Source: Bacteroidaceae bacterium
Lineage (GTDB): Bacteria; Pseudomonadota; Alphaproteobacteria; RF32; CAG-239
Direction: 5' to 3'
Length of the DNA: 64,000 bases
Assembly (NCBI GenBank): GCA_963641885.1
Contig: CAVIDY010000001.1
Coordinates: forward strand, 2,855 to 66,854
Part shown: piece by piece, positions 62,591-64,000 of the stretch
Layout of the letters: each line of letters begins with the position of its first letter
How positions within the stretch are numbered: the stretch's first letter is position 1
Notes under the pieces: model-generated
What the model saw: only the letters and a program-made list of their open reading frames with translations
The model's database searches: none
What the model was told of the DNA's origin: nothing
Made by a program: the position numbers and the translations under genes

Positions 62591-63268
62591 TTATTCTTTA
62601 TTTTTCAGCAAGCCGCAGCGGCGGGCTTCATTCACTGCCTGCACTCGATTGCTAACTTCCAAAGCCCGCATCAAAAGCGTGATATGAATTTTGACTGTGC
62701 CTTCGCTCAATCCCAAACGATAAGCTATTTGTTTATTAGAAAGCCCTTCAGCCAAACACTGCACCACTTCGGTTTGCCGCGGTGTCAGTATCTTATTTTC
62801 TTTGGTTTGTTTCGGATTCTCGTCCAAATCAGCAATCAGCTCGTGAATAGGCAAAGAGATATCTTTTAAATTAACCTGCAGCAGTTCCGGCGGAATATAC
62901 ATGCCGCCTGCCAGCACCAAATTTATTGCGCTTAGAATTATGCTGTTTGGAAATGCTTTGGAAATATATCCGGACACGCCGATATTATAGGTTTTTTGTA
63001 AAATTTCTTTATCAAAAACCGCAGAAATAATAATAATCGGCACTTCAGCGCAGGTTGTGTGAATACGACTTATAGCCTCTAGCCAATTTGCCCCAGGCAT
63101 TGCCAAATCAGTAATAATCAAGTCAAAATCTTTTTGTTTTTCCAAAATCTCAAAAATTCCGGTATAGCTGTTTGTCAACACAGTTTCCGCCTCGGGGTAT
63201 TGCTTATGCAAAATAAAATCCAATCCCTGCAAAAATAATTCATGGTCATCTGCAATCAAAAACTTCAT
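62591..63268 (-). CDS. Two-component response regulator, NarL/FixJ (LuxR-type HTH) family
   Basis: Receiver domain (MKFLIADDHELF...DLIITDLAMPG) plus GerE HTH (LTPRQTEVVQCLAEGLSNKQIAYRLGLSEGTVKIH). No kinase gene is adjacent. Confidence 0.92.
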   Translation of the reverse strand: MKFLIADDHELFLQGLDFILHKQYPEAETVLTNSYTGIFEILEKQKDFDLIITDLAMPGANWLEAISRIHTTCAEVPIIIISAVFDKEILQKTYNIGVSGYISKAFPNSIILSAINLVLAGGMYIPPELLQVNLKDISLPIHELIADLDENPKQTKENKILTPRQTEVVQCLAEGLSNKQIAYRLGLSEGTVKIHITLLMRALEVSNRVQAVNEARRCGLLKNKE

Positions 63269-63269
63269 T

Positions 63270-63986
63270 TCACCAATCTCCGTTTATAGCCTGCCAGCAA
63301 GACAGCGCCGCAATTGCCGCTGTTTCGGCTCTCAATATTCTTTGTCCCAACGAAATACTTTTCACAAAAGGCAGAGAACGCAATTTCTGCGCCTCGCTTT
63401 CACTGAATCCGCCTTCCGGTCCAATAATTATCGCGGCTTTTTTGCACCCCTGCATTGCTTCCGTAATTTTACCGCCAGCGCCGCGTTCATCTAAAAAGAA
63501 CAAAATTCTGTCTGCGTCCCAATTTTCCAAAACTTTATCCAAAGTCTGCACTTTGCTTATCTCCGGCAAATCCAAGCGTCGGCATTGCTCTGCCGCTTCT
63601 ATTGACTGCGCCTCATAGCGCTCCAGCCGCACTTTTTCTGCATTGGTAAATGCCGTCTGCACTGGTATAATACAGCTTGTTCCAAGCTCAACTGCTTTTT
63701 GTACTACAATATCTGTTTTATCTTTTTTCAATGGTGCAAACAACAGCCATATATCCGGAGAATACTGCATTTTCCGGCTTTTTTCTCGCAGAACCGCCCG
63801 CACGTTTTTTTTATTTACTTCTGTCAGTTCTGCTTTATATTCGCCGTTTTTGCCGTCAAACAAATATACCAAATCGCCGGAACGCAGCCGTAAAACATTG
63901 CTCAAATAGTGGCTTTGCTTTTCATCAAATTCCACTAATTGCCCAATATCGTTCAAACTCTCTTTATAATATAATCTTACAATCAT
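63270..63986 (-). CDS. rsmE: 16S rRNA (uracil1498-N3)-methyltransferase
   Basis: 238-aa ORF with a PUA-like N-terminus (HYLSNVLRLRSGD) and a SPOUT C-terminus (IIIGPEGGFSESE...LGQRILRAETAAI). Confidence 0.9.
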   Translation of the reverse strand: MIVRLYYKESLNDIGQLVEFDEKQSHYLSNVLRLRSGDLVYLFDGKNGEYKAELTEVNKKNVRAVLREKSRKMQYSPDIWLLFAPLKKDKTDIVVQKAVELGTSCIIPVQTAFTNAEKVRLERYEAQSIEAAEQCRRLDLPEISKVQTLDKVLENWDADRILFFLDERGAGGKITEAMQGCKKAAIIIGPEGGFSESEAQKLRSLPFVKSISLGQRILRAETAAIAALSCWQAINGDW

Positions 63987-64000
63987 ACCGCGCCAAAAAA

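Overview
This 64-kb window looks like a compact alphaproteobacterial chromosome segment. That assignment is an inference from four observations: a circularly permuted two-piece tmRNA with tag ANDNFAPVAVAA, an SspB-alpha gene beside it, MlaD plus DUF2155 genes, and alphaproteobacterial-looking S10/spc ribosomal proteins.

Content by position:
- 1-7.2 kb: the S10-spc ribosomal protein operon on the minus strand, running from rpsJ to rpsH plus the first codons of rplF.
- The rest is mostly housekeeping genes: trmB, gyrB, queA, lgt, metG, lysS, trkH, rsmE.
- Transport genes include an MFS transporter, an RND pump plus adaptor, an ABC-2/GldG/DUF4340 operon and tandem MlaD genes.
- A Mur-ligase plus LD-carboxypeptidase pair suggests murein-peptide recycling.
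- RNA genes: five tRNAs (Val-CAC, Val-GAC, Thr-CGU, Glu-UUC) and ssrA.

Accessory or unusual content:
1. An AT-rich islet (about 54.0-57.6 kb) lies against the 3' end of tRNA-Glu. It carries a co-oriented operon of a 62-aa Cys-free, hyper-acidic peptide with three Y-E-L-(A/I)-P repeats, an unknown 235-aa protein and a radical-SAM/SPASM enzyme. I do not recognise this RiPP-like system as a described class.
2. Two prepilin-like paralogs share 29 identical N-terminal residues but are heavily diverged at synonymous sites. One has a leader displaying three TTAGGAG motifs.
3. An orphan VirB8-like gene sits divergent to a TolC-like lipoprotein with an Ig-like tail. An 873-aa effector-like protein lies elsewhere in the window.
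4. Twin MerR-type promoters with 19-bp spacers occur with no regulator in view.
5. An S66 LD-carboxypeptidase has Cys where the nucleophile Ser is expected.
6. A stand-alone gene encodes a 23-aa Ile-rich hydrophobic peptide.

I saw no CRISPR array, rRNA, transposase or integrase. All family assignments come from motif recognition by eye. Hairpin, promoter and ncRNA coordinates are approximate to a few nt.
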